Positions 26,211 through 43,678 of a stretch of 64,000 nucleotides of DNA are shown piece after piece. The notes under the pieces were generated by a model that ran no database searches, had not been told where the DNA came from, and saw only the letters and a program-made list of their open reading frames with translations. The stretch's first letter is position 1; every line of letters starts with the position of its first letter. A program made the position numbers and the translations under genes. The DNA is from the human T2T-CHM13v2.0 reference genome, Homo sapiens. The stretch lies in NCBI RefSeq assembly GCF_009914755.1, contig NC_060926.1. One strand, given 5' to 3'.

Positions 26211-26519
26211 ATCCCACAATATTTTGGGAATACTTTCCTCAATTATTTCTCATATCACACAGTTCACTTAATTGATCATAATTATTCTCAAATTCAATAA
26301 ATATACTTCTCCATCAACATTGTTAATAACTGCAGAATATTCCATTTTATTAATATTCTATAATTATTTAAACAATCTGCTATTTTTAAGTATTTAGATT
26401 ATTTAGGTTAATTATATATAACACCATATATCTTTTTCCATTCTTTACTTTTAACCTATTTGTGTCCTTATATTTAAAGTATGTTTCACATATGCAGCAC
26501 ATAGTTGGGTCTTACTTTT

Positions 26520-30533
<4,014 letters not shown>

Positions 30534-30953
30534 AGTTGGGCCTTACTTTTTAATCCTATCTGACAATCTCTGCCTCTTCATTCTGGTGCTATACCACCTA
30601 CATTTAATATTATGATTGATATAGTTGAGGCTTGAATCTACCATCTTGCACTTGTTTTCTATTTTTTCCTTCTGTCATTTTTCCTCTTTTTCCTCTCTTC
30701 TATTGCACTCATTATTTCTAACGATTCAATTTAATCCCCTTTGTTGGCTTATTAGCTGTAACTTTCTTGTGTTGTTACAGTAATTGTTTTAAGATTTATA
30801 GTATACGTCCTTTACTTCACATATTGTATGAGAAATTTAGAATATTTCTCCCCTCCTGGCCTTTGTGCTATCTTTGTCATACATTTTTCTCCTATGTATA
30901 TAACATATAACAGCTTCACATATATTGTTATTATTTTATTATTTTTTCTCTAG

Positions 30954-31261
<308 letters not shown>

Positions 31262-31885
31262 AACAATTATCTTTTAAAAAGTCTTCAATAATTTAAAAAT
31301 GACTTTCATCTTCATTCTCATAAATATTGGATTTAGTGTTCTTTTGTTACCATTTTTAGTGTTCTTTGTTTACATTTTTTTATTCAGATCAGATTTTCAT
31401 TTGGTATCATTTTTATTCTGCGTGAAGGATTGCTTCAACATTTATTTATTGTTGGTCTGCTGGTGATTACTTCTTTCAGTTTTTGTGTCTTAAGATGTTT
31501 TTGTTTTGCCTTGATTTTTGGAAGATAATTTCACTGGGTACAGAATTCTAAGTTGACATACTTTTTTCTTTCAGTACATTAAACAAAGTGCACTGTCTTC
31601 TGGTTTGAATTGTTTCTGGTGAGAATTTGCCATCATCCTTAACCTTGTTTCTGTTTCTGTTATGTATCTTTTTTCCTCTGGCTGCTGTTAAGATTTATCT
31701 TTCTCACTAGTGTTCAGCAATATGGTTATGATGTACCTTACATTTTTCTTCAAGTTATTTTCCTGGGGTTTGCTGAACTTCTCAAATATACATATTTATG
31801 GTTTATAACAAATTTGAAAAGTTTTCAGCCATTACTTTTCAAATATTTTTTCTGTGCTCCTCTGTCTCCCACATGGACTCTAATT

Positions 31886-32029
31886 GTATGTGTGTGTGTA
31901 TATATATATGTATACACATATGTATATATACACACATGTGTATATATATACACACATGTGTATATATACACATGTGTGTATATATACATATGTATATATG
32001 TATGTATGTGTATATATATACACACACAC
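31886..32029. repeat. Compound (TA)/(TG)/(CA) purine-pyrimidine microsatellite
   Basis: Read directly; largely self-complementary. Confidence 0.95.
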
Positions 32030-32136
32030 TTAAACATGTCCCATAGTTCACTTAGACTCTCTTTCATTACATTTTTTTTTCTTATCTCTGTGTTTCATTT
32101 GGATAGTTTCTTTGCTATGTTTTCAAATTTACTAAT

Positions 32137-32472
32137 TATTTTAGTCAGCCCAGGTTACTAGGTGGCTTAAACCACAGACATGTATTTCTCACAGTTTTGG
32201 AGGCTGGGAAGCCAACTCAGTTCCTGATGGAGGCCCTCTTCCTGGCTTGCAAACAGCTATCTTCTCACTGTATCCACACATGGCAAAGAGCAAGTAATCG
32301 CCCTCTCTTCCTCTTCTCATAAGGGTACTAATCACATCATGAAGCCCCAATCCTCATGACTTTATTTAACTCTAATTATCTTCCAAAGGCCTCTTCTCTA
32401 AATACCATTACATTCTGGGTGAGCGTTTTGATATATGAATTGAGGTGGAAGGACACAATTCAGTTTATAGCA
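32137..32472 (-). mobile_element. MLT1A0-like LTR in the L1M
   Basis: ATTTCTCACAGTTTTGGAGGCTGGGAAG...GGACACAATTCAGTTTATAGCA; flanks CTAAT/GTAAT. Confidence 0.75.
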
Positions 32473-34677
32473 GTAATCTTTTCTTGGGCAATATCTAATC
32501 TGCTATGAACCCCATCTAGTAGGCTTTTTACCCCAGATATTGTAGTTTCCATTTCTAGAAGTTTGATTTTTATGTTTTTCATATCCATGTCTTTATATCT
32601 TTCAGGACCAGCCTTTTTTCTTGCTTCTTGAACATATGAAATACAGTCATAATAACTTTTAATGTCCTTGTCTACTATATTCTATCATGTGTGTCATTTC
32701 TAGACTGGTGTCAATTGATTTCTTTTTATCATTACAGGTCATGTTTTCCTGCTTCTTAGCATGCCTTAATTAAACAGCAGTCTTTTTGATTTTTAACTTC
32801 TTGGGTGCTGGATATTTTTGTATTCCTATAAATATCCTTGAGCTTTGGTCTGAAGCATAAATTACTTGAAAACAGTTTTTAATCATTTCAGATCTTGCTT
32901 TTAAGGTTTGTCAGAAAGTTCCAAGTAGTCTTGGTCTAATTTTTGCCAACTGCTGAGGTCTATTTTTAGTAATTTTAATTTAGTAATTTAGTAATTTTAC
33001 TGAAGCAAAAGCCTTCTGAGTACTCTATGTAAATCTCCATGAATTCTTAGGATTTCCACTTTGAGTCATTGGAACATGAACTATTCCCAGCTGTATGAAA
33101 ACAGGCAGTGTTTCCTCTATATCCTGTCAGGTGGCTCTTTTCCTGATTTCAGGTAATTTCCTCACATATAGGCCCTGCTCTGTATTCTGAAGAGAGACCC
33201 TCTGGAGATCGTTCAGTTTCTCTCCCTGTGCTGCTCTCTCTTTTCTGGTACTCTGCCCTGGAATTTCAGGCCAAGACCTACCCAGGCTCTTGTCTGTAAT
33301 TCCTCAACTCAGGTGGACCCAGGTAAGACCTCTGGGCTCTCTTTCAGTTTCCCCTCCCTGTGCTGATTCCTGAAATCTCCATCTAGGCGGTAAGCTGGGG
33401 TTATCATGGGTCTCACCTCAATTGTTTCCTGTTTTTCAAGGACCACTGTCCTTTGTTGCTTGATGTCTAAAGTCTTTAAAAGCTTTGTTTCATTTATTTT
33501 TTTCCGGCATTTTGGTTATTTCAGGCTGGAAGGTAAATCCAGTCTATGTCACTCCATCTTGACCAGAAGTGCCTTTTTATTGATTTTTAAATTACTTTAT
33601 ATATTAAGAATCTTAAACTTTCATCTCTCTTATATATTGAAAATTGGAAGCTATGTTTAACTCAGTCTCTATGGAGTTAGTGCTGAAGTCCAGGTCAAAA
33701 GGAAAAGAATTTAAAAAGTACAAAACTCATAGGGTTACAAACTCTGAGCTAAACACAAGCTAAATTGGTTCTATAATTTGGAAGTTGTATATTGGTGATA
33801 TGACATGTACTCAATTGGGTTGCCCTTTGTGGGACTTTGATAAATATACAGTGAGGAATAAACTTTCCTGTAAATAAACTAGGTCTATATCCTCAAGTAA
33901 ATTTTGTTTGAAAGAAGCTAAATATGAAAACATTAAATGTAACTATTTAATTTATTTCTTCATATAATAAATATATATTAGCATTTACTATGTGCCAAGG
34001 GCTTTTCTAGACACAATGTCATTTGATATTAAATATGAATTATAAAATAAATCTTAACACATATCCAAAGGAAGAGAAAGCACTGACACTTCCTAGGTTT
34101 CTCTACAATATTTGGCAAAGAGGTAGTTAGAACTAGCAGATATTTCAACCCATTAAAGCACATATCTTCTTAACCATTTTTTGCACAGAGAAGTTGAAGA
34201 AAAACAAAGCAAAAAATTTTTTAAATGACAACAAATAAGAGTTTATTGCAAACATGTCATTCAAATATCAAATGGGATTGACTTAATAAAAGAATATGAA
34301 AATATTTGGCCTCCAGTAAATTATGTACAACATCAGTGTATCAGACATTCAAAGAAATTTAGTGCATCACAGATAGCTAATGCTGTCATTTAAATCTCTA
34401 CAGTGGTTTGTTCAAAATGAAAGTTATGACATTTCTAGAGTTATAGATGATGCACATAGAGGGTAAAAATGGTTCAAAAACTGTAGGTTTGGATTATTCA
34501 TTAGAATATGCTTAAAATTCAGCATGAAATCGCAGTCAGATTCCCAAAATTTCACCGTTATTTCCATTGCCAATTTCACATAATCGATATAACAATTATC
34601 AGTGTCCACTATAATAAATTCATCTACTACAAGTTAATGACCACACCTTACTCACTAATAGACTCTACTTTGGAATA

Positions 34678-34757
34678 TTAGGTTGGTGCAAAAGTAATTT
34701 CGGTTCTTGCCATTACTTTCAATGGCAAAAACCTCAATTACTTTTGCACCAACCTAA
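34678..34757. mobile_element. MADE1 (Hsmar1-derived 80-bp MITE)
   Basis: TTAGGTTGGTGCAAAAGTAATT...AATTACTTTTGCACCAACCTAA inverted repeats with 6-bp spacer and TA TSD. Confidence 0.97.
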
Positions 34758-35234
34758 TAATTTTATGTTTACAGAAAAATTGCAAAGGCAATACAGACAT
34801 TTCCCATCTACTCCTCACATACTTTCTCCTAATGCTAACATCTTAACACTAATAACTATGGTACATTTGTCAAAACTAAAAAACAGTACCAATGTTGTTT
34901 AATTGTATGAAATCACTCAAACGCTATTTGAATAATGAGTTTTAACATGTCTTCTTAAGAAAAAAACACTACCATTTTTAATTAAGTTTTAAAGATGCAG
35001 CCCTACCTTGGGTCTCTTCAGGAGAACTGGAAATAAGTTTAGTTGAACGGAATTTATAATGAAATCTTCTTGGATGAGAACTGATGCATCTCACATGTTG
35101 GGCTTAACTTTAACTCGTATCAGGCACAGCAGCCCTGTGCTTTAAGTGCCAGAAGACTCCAGAAAAGTTTATTTTTCTAGTTTCTCCGACAGAATTTCAA
35201 AATGTCTTAGATCTTTGAAAAACTAATTCACTTG

Positions 35235-35522
35235 GGCCGGGTGCGGTGGCTCACGCCTGTAATCCCAGCACTTTGGGAGATGGGTGGATCACAAGGTCAG
35301 GAGATCGAGACCATCCTGGCTAACCCGGTGAAACCCCATCTCTACTAAAAATACAAAATTAGCTGGGCATGGTGGCGGGCACCTGTAATCCCAGCTACTC
35401 AGGAGGCTGAGGCAGGAGCATGGTGTGAAGCTGGGAGGCAGAGCTTGCAGTGAGCCAAGATTGCATCATTGCACTCCAGCCTGGGTGACAGAGCAAGACT
35501 CCGTCTCAAAAAAAAAAAAAAA
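35235..35522 (+). mobile_element. Alu (AluY-like, small left-arm deletion)
   Basis: GAGATCGAGACCATCCTGGCTAAC and GAGCTTGCAGTGAG; TSD ACTAATTCACT. Confidence 0.93.
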
Positions 35523-36194
35523 CCACTAATTCACTCAAGTTGTATCTAGTCTTAAGTTTTCTTTACAAATATGAGGGCTTATTATTTGGCAATGTATTTT
35601 TTCCTGTTTATGTACTAATGCATATGTAAGAGTAATCAAATCACACTTACATTTATATTTTTATGAATGGCCCTTATGAAAAGAATAAGATTTCATGAAA
35701 TAAGAAACTATTCTGAAAAGTCCAAGATGTATAGCTTCTGTCCCCATAGCAACCAACTAACTGGTTGCACCTGGCCCTCCAGGGTAATTAATTTCTTGTG
35801 TGCTGGGATGGTCGTCTGCTTCCCAAGGCCAGCAAAAAAAAAAAAAAAAAAAAAAAGAGGAGGAACAAAATGACCTTTCTTTAAAACAAAACAAACTTAA
35901 ATCTCACAGAGAGGAGTTAGACATTTGGATTTCCTCTCATTTTACTCTTGCAGTAGATTTTACATTTGAGGAATAAAATGCGAGGTCAGATTTTGAGTTC
36001 CGTTGAATTTATTTTTCAGAGAGATCAATCATATTAGCTATGTTTTTATAATCTTGAAGATTTTTTGTTGCACTTGAGTTAGTTTAGCTGAATCGTATCT
36101 GTATGGGAACACGTATCTGCACAGTGTCCTTCACTTAAAAAGAGAAAGAAAGGCAAGTATCAGAAGACCTATATACCAAGTATCCAAAGGCCAG

Positions 36195-36360
36195 TTGTCC
36201 TTAACGCTGGGGGCACATTAGAATCACCTGGAACACTTTTAAAACAAACCAGTGTCTGAGCCCCACTCTTCTGAAATTCTGCTTTATTAGTCTGGGGTGG
36301 GGCCTGGCTGGCAGTAAGTGTCAAAAGCTGATTAAAATGTACAGCAATAGTTAAGACTCA
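36195..36360. mobile_element. MER5-like hAT MITE
   Basis: GCACATTAGAATCACCTGG...GTCTGGGGTGGGGCCTGG. Confidence 0.65.
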
Positions 36361-37071
36361 GGATTAAATAGTATACTAATACAACAAACTTTGACCCAAT
36401 GAAGTAAATTTCTTTGTAGATAAAGATTGGGTAATATATTATAGTTATTAAAGTGAATTACTGTTTGTTCCTAAGGACTCCTATGCTACAAATTAATGAA
36501 AACTTCAGGAAATGTTTAAGATAGTAGACTTAGAGGATAATGTTCTTTAGTTTTCTTTTATTTTTTCTAAGTGTGATAAGTGTGTAGGATATACCTTTTA
36601 TCTGAGGAGGTTACAATGTCTGAATGTCAGTGAGCCTCATTTTAGGACATTTTTTCCAATTGTTAAATTTTTGGAAATTTTGAAAACTATTAAATTGTTA
36701 GTGGCTTGAGATTTTGGTCATGCTGACAGTATTCACACCATGAAAGTCAGCAAACATTACAGATCAGGTCTTTGTTTCTTCTGGAAAGTGGGTTGTTAAA
36801 CATCTACCTGCTATGAGAGTAAGATCAAAAGGATGAAATTTGACTAGGCTTCCAATATTTGTCAACCCTGTATTTTTACAGATGTAAAACTGAGGCTCAG
36901 AAACTTTAAGCAACTTGTCAAGGAAATTGCTGGTGGAACCAAGAATACAAGCCAGCTTGCTAGAGTGTCACATCTGTCCTGACTCCGGTCTACATTGCAA
37001 ATGCTTGTCAAATGTAAGCTCAGCATTTTACACATAAGAATCTATCCATGCTGTTATTTTAGAGGTACAAG

Positions 37072-37562
37072 TGAGGTAGGAGGCAGGACTCAACTCCAGA
37101 GGCAGGCTTCAGACACCACACCAGACTGAGGACTAACTAAAACAGGGAAGAGGCAAAAGCACCTCTTCCTAAGACATGTGCGCCAAGTGTGCCCTGTCAG
37201 TTTACCATTGTCATGGCAACACCTGGAAGTTACCACCCCTTACCATGGCAACGACCTGATAACCCAGAAGTTACGACAATGTACCTTTTTCTAGAAATTT
37301 CTTAATAATTTATCCTTTAATTTGCATATAATTAAAAATGGGTATAAATATGACTGCAGAACTGCCTCTGAGCTGTTCCTCTGGGCACACTGCCTATGGG
37401 GTAGCCCTGCACTGCAGGAAATAATACCTCTGCTCCTGCTATACACTGCTACTTCAATAAAAGTTGCAAACACCGCCAGTTTTCTCTTGAATTCTTTCCT
37501 GGGCAAAGCCAAGAACTCTCTCCAGCTAAGCATCAACTCTGGGGCTTGCCTGTCCTGAATCA
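37072..37562 (+). mobile_element. MER41-family ERV1 solo LTR
   Basis: TGAGGTAGGAGGCAGGACTC, two CATGGCAAC, AATTTGCATATAATTAAAA, CTGCCTATGGGGTAGCCCTG, AATAAA, GAATTCTTTCCTGGGCAAAGCCAAGAAC, ends TCA; flanks CAAG/GAAG. Confidence 0.85.
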
Positions 37563-37879
37563 GAAGGTATTTGCTGTTAAGGTGCCAAAATTCTGTAATA
37601 ACTATGATGCACCCAGACAATGGAGTACTATGCACCCATAAAAAAAGTAGGGTGAGAATTTTGTGTACGGATACAGAAAGATCTCTAGCTTATATTCTAA
37701 AGAAAAACAAGCAAGTTGTAGAACACTGTATGTAGTATGCTACCTTTTGTTTATAATGGGAGAAATAAGAACATACATGACTGTATTTGAAAAAAAAAAA
37801 AAAAGAAATACTGGAAGGATAAACAAGAACCTAATGAAAATGACTCCCTGACAGGGTGGAGGCGTCTACTGAAGATAAA

Positions 37880-38215
37880 CAAAGGCTCTGAAAACTGACA
37901 GCTGGTAATGACCCACAGTGTTCCCTATAAACATAAACAATTTCACAGAATTTCAACATCACATGAGGTCATACCATGACTGTGATAAAACCAAGCCCAA
38001 ATAAGACCACTCTCTAATCATATCTGAACATGGACAGAATCAAGGAAGCCATGCAATCACAAAAGTAACAAAATATTTTTCTCTCCCTGATGAGTAACTA
38101 CTGCTTCTTTACCATTGCAACTCCAGCTTCACTTTGTTCCTCTTGGCCCCTAGACAAAAATTAAGATCCTCAATCACTGAATTGCCCTTACCACCTAATA
38201 GCACCTAATTGGTCC
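37880..38215 (+). mobile_element. ERV1 LTR fragment (MER67-like)
   Basis: CATAAACAATTTCACAGAA...AAGACCACTCTCTAATCATATCTGAACA resembles MER67; ends unclear. Confidence 0.5.
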
Positions 38216-38909
38216 AATGGGTGAGTTTAAACATCCAAAATAAAATACTGAAATATACTGCAATTATGAATATCCAAGAATATACAATAAACTCATAAGA
38301 GAGGAAGAAGTTTATTATTCTAATTTTATTATTGTTTAATATAATGAGCCAGATAACTGTATTCTCAATGAGCATCAAAAAACTAATTGAATGCAAGACC
38401 AATCGCAAATGGAACAAGAAAGATGGACTGAAATGGAAGCGATGTAAATAAGACTTATTTATCCACAAAAGTTGGCTGAGGGCTTGACATTTTCTCTAGT
38501 TAGAAATAAGTCGTCTTTGTCTTCAGCCAACATGAATAATCTCAAATAAGTCTTTGACCTTCTTGCCAAGTTCTTTTAACTTTGTTTCTATAATGAGTTG
38601 ATTAGCATTTTTCCTTCGTACTCAGTCTCTGAACATCAACAATGTACCAGGCACCAGGGAGTCAACAATGAGTAAGATTTGGTCCCAGTGATGAAGGAGT
38701 TTGCTTCCTAAAGGACGAGGCTAACCTGCTCCCCTCCTTCTCAATTCTGTTTAGACATATGTTACCCAGGAAAGTGTCTGTGTGGTTATTTGATCAATGT
38801 CTGTCTCCTGTCTCCACACATGACTGCTCCTGGAGGGCAGGGACTGTGCACATCTCCATTACCTGTACACTCCTAGTGCCCAGGAGAGCATCTGATAAAA
38901 GTAGACACT

Positions 38910-39225
38910 TGTACTGGGTTGAATAGCATCCCCCCAAACTTCACATCTACCTGAAACCTCAGAATGTGAATTTATTTGGCAACGAGGTCTTTGCAGACAT
39001 AATTATTTAAGATGAGGTCACGCTGGAGTAGAGTGAGCCTTAAATCCAGTATGGCTGATGTCTTTATAAGTAGACACACAGAGGCTCACACAGAGGGAAG
39101 GGGGACCAGTGAGGACAGAGGCCGAGCATCGAGTGTTGCAGCTGCCAGCCAAGGAAGGCTGAGAATTCCAGCAACCAGAGGCTAGGAAGAGGAAAAGAAA
39201 GAAAGAAAAGGAATGCCTTCTCATA
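38910..39225 (+). mobile_element. MLT1C-like LTR, 3'-truncated
   Basis: GGGTTGAATAGCATCCCCCCAAA...GAATGTGAATTTATTTGG...GTCTTTGCAGA...TAAGATGAGGTCA. Confidence 0.75.
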
Positions 39226-39484
39226 TTTTCAAGATCTTTTTGAAAGTATAAGAATCCATGTCTCTAAACAACTTGAAGGCATATGGCATGGTGTTTAAAG
39301 AACAGGACTTCCAGTGAGACTATCTGGGTTTGGGTTTTAATCCTACCGCTTACTATATGGTGATTCTTAGATCAGTAGAATTAACTTTATGATCACTTTC
39401 TGCATCTGTAAAATGGGAAAAGTATAACTACCCTTGACTGAGCAGAGGATTAAATGAGATTATACACATGAAGTTGTAAGCCAG

Positions 39485-39818
39485 CATATTGGATAAGGTA
39501 ACCACGTGCCCCAAGTGGCAATGAAGCACTTGGAATATGGCTCTTACAAATTGAGATGTGCTGTAAGTAAAAATGCACCAGATTTTGGATACTTAGCATG
39601 AAAAAAGATATAAATATCTTGTTAATAAGCCTTTTATATTAATTACATGTTAAAATGAGGACAATTTTAATATATTGGGTCCAATGAAAATATATTATTA
39701 AAGTTAACTTCACCTGTTTTGTGTGTGTCACCTGTTTTGTGTGACTACCAGAAAAATTTAAATTATATATGTCATTCAGATATATAGCACCCACATTATA
39801 CTTTTATTGGCAGTGCAG
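39485..39818. mobile_element. MER33 hAT-Charlie MITE, preceded by a MIR at ~39285-39480
   Basis: TTGAGATGTGCTGTAAGTAAAA...TAATTACATGTTAAAATGA...ATATATTATTAAAGTTAACTTCACCTGTTT. Confidence 0.75.
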
Positions 39819-41299
39819 GAATAAATGATGCCTGGATACAAAATTACCTCCATCTAAAAATATGTGCAGTCATTAAAACTGAGTGTTAGACACTGATTCT
39901 GAAGCAGGATATTAAAAGTTCCATAGTGTTGTTGGTTCACCTTGATGGCTCTTCAAGCCATTTGACTTTCCTTCTTCAGGATCACCATTTAGTGAGCACT
40001 TACTATGAGCCAGGCTTCATACTAAGTATTGTGCACTCACCATTTTAACATAATCCTATAGTTTGTGAATAACATATACAATTTATAATACATAATGTGC
40101 GCTATTTTGAGCTGACATCAAGACTTCTATTATGTTAATATGCATCACTTGCTCTTGAACTATGATAATCTTTCTGGAGTGAGACAGAAATGGTAGTCAC
40201 AGCAAAGGTGCAGGACTTACATGAGTCCACGTCACAGCCATAGTGAATACACCTGACCAGGGTATGTCCCTAAGAGTGTGACGCACATCTGAACATTATA
40301 TAACGCATCTTGGTGGGAAAAGTGCAAGAAGAAGAGAGAGCAGACAACTGGAAAATCTATTCAAGCCTGGAATTTCCAGGAAGCCCCAGTAACCCCTTTA
40401 AACCTTAAAGCTTCCTGCCCTCCAGACATGAAATATGAACCTATTTAAATAACATTTCTTCTCTTTTGAGTTGAGGTGCTGAAAAAACCCTCCCCACCCA
40501 GCTCTTTGACATTTCAATTGAATTAATCCCTAAAGGAATTGTAATTTTCCATTATGAAGTGATCTAATCCTTGGCATCTATGAAGAGGAAAGAAAAAGGG
40601 AGAACAAAGTGTCAGTCTTGTTACTGTTGGGTTTACATTTATGTTGTGTGCTCTGCAAAAACAAGAAGGGGCATGAGATTTTTCTTGGCACTGACTTGTA
40701 GTCCCTGAGCCAAAAGGAGGAAAACCATTATGAGCTTTGGATAAGGCCTTAACCTTCCCCACCAAGAATTTATGTTAGGACCTCGTCTGTGGAAGATACA
40801 AGCATGATACTGCCTCTTTTTCTTTTCATTAGGCAACCAAATGACTTCTTCCTTTTTATAAAAGTGAGAGGGAGAGAACTTGTTGAGTCAGGTGCAGTAA
40901 GAGGTAAGAGTGGGTGAGGGATACTGGTTAGCTGTCTGTGCATTGTCCAAAGATAAGATATAGGCAAGTTTAAGGACTATGTAACAGGAATTTGAGAGAG
41001 TTTTGCATTTTGGCTGCATATTTGTAAGAATGATATTTCCAACCTAGAAACTTTCTCAAATTTCTGTGGCCAAGTCTATACACCTGCTTCATTTTCCCTC
41101 ATCCTCATCCTCATTCTCCCCTTCTGTATAATAGGAATGTGTCTCTCCAACCACGAAGACTCTGGTGTCCCATGTGCAGGCACATCCTCTACAGCGGGGT
41201 CTTCCTCCTTAACTCAACTTCCTTCTCCAATAGTTGTTCTTCCCCTCTCTACCCCTCATGGTTGAGGTGTCTATGAAAGCTGTTTCTGTTTCCTCAACT

Positions 41300-43095
41300 T
41301 CTACATCTCAGTGTACTTAACCACATTTCCACTGACTCCACCTGAATCATTCTCACTGAGAAAGACCGGGTCAGCAAATCCAACGGCTGTTTTGCCATTC
41401 TCATGTCATTTGGAATCCCAGTAACCTTCCACTCAATCCATTCCCACCGTCCTGTAATATTCTCTTTCCTGGTGACACAGCACTGTCTTGGCTCTCCAGC
41501 AAACTCCCCGCCCACCCTCAGTCTGTTATGCTGGACTTTTAATGTTGGAGTAATACAAGGCTCACTGCTAGGCCCAATTGTCTTCTTCTTTGATAACCAT
41601 TTCCAAGACTATCTCATCCATGCCTGGGCATCCAATTGTCCAATTAGACACCTCAAATTTTATCCCCATCTTAGGTCTTGTCTCTCTTCTAAATCTAGGC
41701 AAATGATCTACCCGATTGCCAACCCAGCTCTTCCACCGGAATATCTCACAGGCACCTCAGGCTCAATGTATTCAGAACTGGGTTCCTAAGCTCTCTCCCT
41801 GCCCTGCTCCCCATCACAGCCCTGATCTTGGCCTTCCTAAATCTGGTTTTCTTCCAGTGTACGCCATCCCAGGACAATGGCGGCACTATCCACCCAGCTG
41901 GCTGCGCAAGTAGGAACCCAAGCCTCTTATTTTGTACTTCTTTCTTCCTCGCTCCTCTATCTAGTCAATCACCAGTTTCTAATTATTATTTCATCTCTAC
42001 TGCAGCCACCCTACTGGGTTCCTGCAAAAGCCTTACTGCTTCCCACACCCATACTCACTTTCCTCCAAATGAAATTCCACGATGCAGTCAGAAGGCATAT
42101 CAACATGCTCGTCACATTAATTCACTGTTACTTCAAGCTCTAAAATCACCTTCTATTTCTGTCTGAATATTTCCCCAAATCCTTAGGACAGCCCACAAAA
42201 ATCCTATGTTATCTGGCCTGCCGTCATCCAGCCTCATTCCCACCCAGATCACCCCCAGTTCCTCTCTCTCCAACCACACCAGTCCTGTTAGATCCTCCAC
42301 AGACACAAGGTCATTCCTGCTCAGAATCCCCACTCATGTTTCCTCCTCTGTCCTCCCATCTTCCTCCCCATGCCTTTGCACCCTTTAGATCTCAGCAGGA
42401 TTTTTTCTCCATAAAGTAGGTTCTCCTTGTCCTCCAGCAATGCTGGTTCCGAATGATACATGCTGATAAAAGAAAAACTTCAGCCGAATTAAATTTAAAG
42501 GAGTTTAATTGAGCAATGAATGATTCGCCAATCAGGCAGCCCCCAGAATCACAGCAGATTCAAAGAGACTCCAACGCAGCGATGTGGTGGAAGAAGATTT
42601 ATAGACTAAAAAAAAAAAGAAAGAAAAGAAAATGACACACAGAAATCGGAAGTGAGGTACAGAACAGCTGGATTGATTACAGCTTGGCATATGCCTTATT
42701 TGAACACAGTTTGAACACTCAGCACTGTATGAATGGTTGAAGTACGGCCGCTAGGACTGGCCAAGACTCAGCTATTGTTACAGGTGCATACTCCTAAATT
42801 AGATTTTCAGTTTTGTCTGCCTATTAAGTTAGGTGGCAGTTTGTCCACAAGGACTCAGATATAGAAGTACGGAGTCCTTCTCAGGCCATATTTAGTTTGC
42901 TTTAACAATGCTCTTCCATATAACGTATTTGAGTTTTCACTCTTGCATCGTTATAAGCATTATAAGAATTGTAATTAAATTACTAATTTTAGTAATTAGC
43001 ACTTTAAAGCTCATTTCACCTCTTCATGAGGGCAGGGGGGAAACTGCTGAACCTCTGTACATTGCATGTAATCATTGCCTAAGAAATACCTGTTA
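41300..43095 (+). mobile_element. Long L2 with RT remnant, interrupted by MER57
   Basis: VGVIQGSLLGP (GVPQGSxLGP RT motif, ~41544-41576); L2 3' UTR-like CTTCATGAGGGCAGGG near 43025. Confidence 0.75.
42464..42907 (-). mobile_element. MER57A-like ERV1 solo LTR
   Basis: Minus strand starts TGTTAAAGCAAACTAAATATGGCCTGAGAAGGACTCCGTACTTCTATAT; perfect TSD ATGC. Confidence 0.87.
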
Positions 43096-43620
43096 AATAA
43101 CTAACATCCAGATGGCACAGGGAGAATATGAGAATTTTATTAAATATATTTCTATAATACTACATGTTTTATTATCTGTTAAAATGAGTTTAAATAAAGT
43201 TACAAATATTTGACTTTAAAAGTTGAGTGATTAAAGTATCTCTGAAGTCAATTCATGATTATGTAAGTTTACAGCAAGCTAATTTGACCTATTGCTATCT
43301 ATCACATGACGCTAAGCAGTGGAAGCCAACCTAGCAGAATAGGGACCAAAGAAAGAATTAAAGAAACCCAATAATAGAAGCAGTTGCCACACTGAAACAC
43401 TATTGACAACTTTGCAATTATGGTTATCTTCCTGAGGGGTACAAATATAGATATTGTCAATCAATCCCTTTGAATGAAACTGGAGCTGTGTTTTTTTTCA
43501 TTATTGCCCACTTAAAGAGACATTTTTAGACATTTTCCTACCCACTGCCCCTCCCATGAAATTCTTATACCACAGATATATTGTATATCTGTGCTTTACA
43601 CATTTAAAAATTGAAAATTT

Positions 43621-43678
43621 TTCATTCCCCAAGGACAAATTCATTCCCCAAGGACAAATTTGTCCCCAAGGACAAATT
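43621..43678. repeat. Three-copy 18-19 bp tandem repeat (TCCCCAAGGACAAATT core)
   Basis: Read directly. Confidence 0.9.

Noticed and set aside
31798-32161. YIH/CVY-rich ORFs, and the SL-rich ORFs at 48743-49610
   Set aside because: Artefacts of dinucleotide microsatellites
37072-37562. MER41B-type interferon-gamma (STAT1) enhancer
   Set aside because: No tandem TTCNNNGAA GAS sites seen; only TTCTAGAA with the wrong spacing
43621-43678. CRISPR-like direct repeats
   Set aside because: No unique spacers, only three adjacent copies, eukaryotic context
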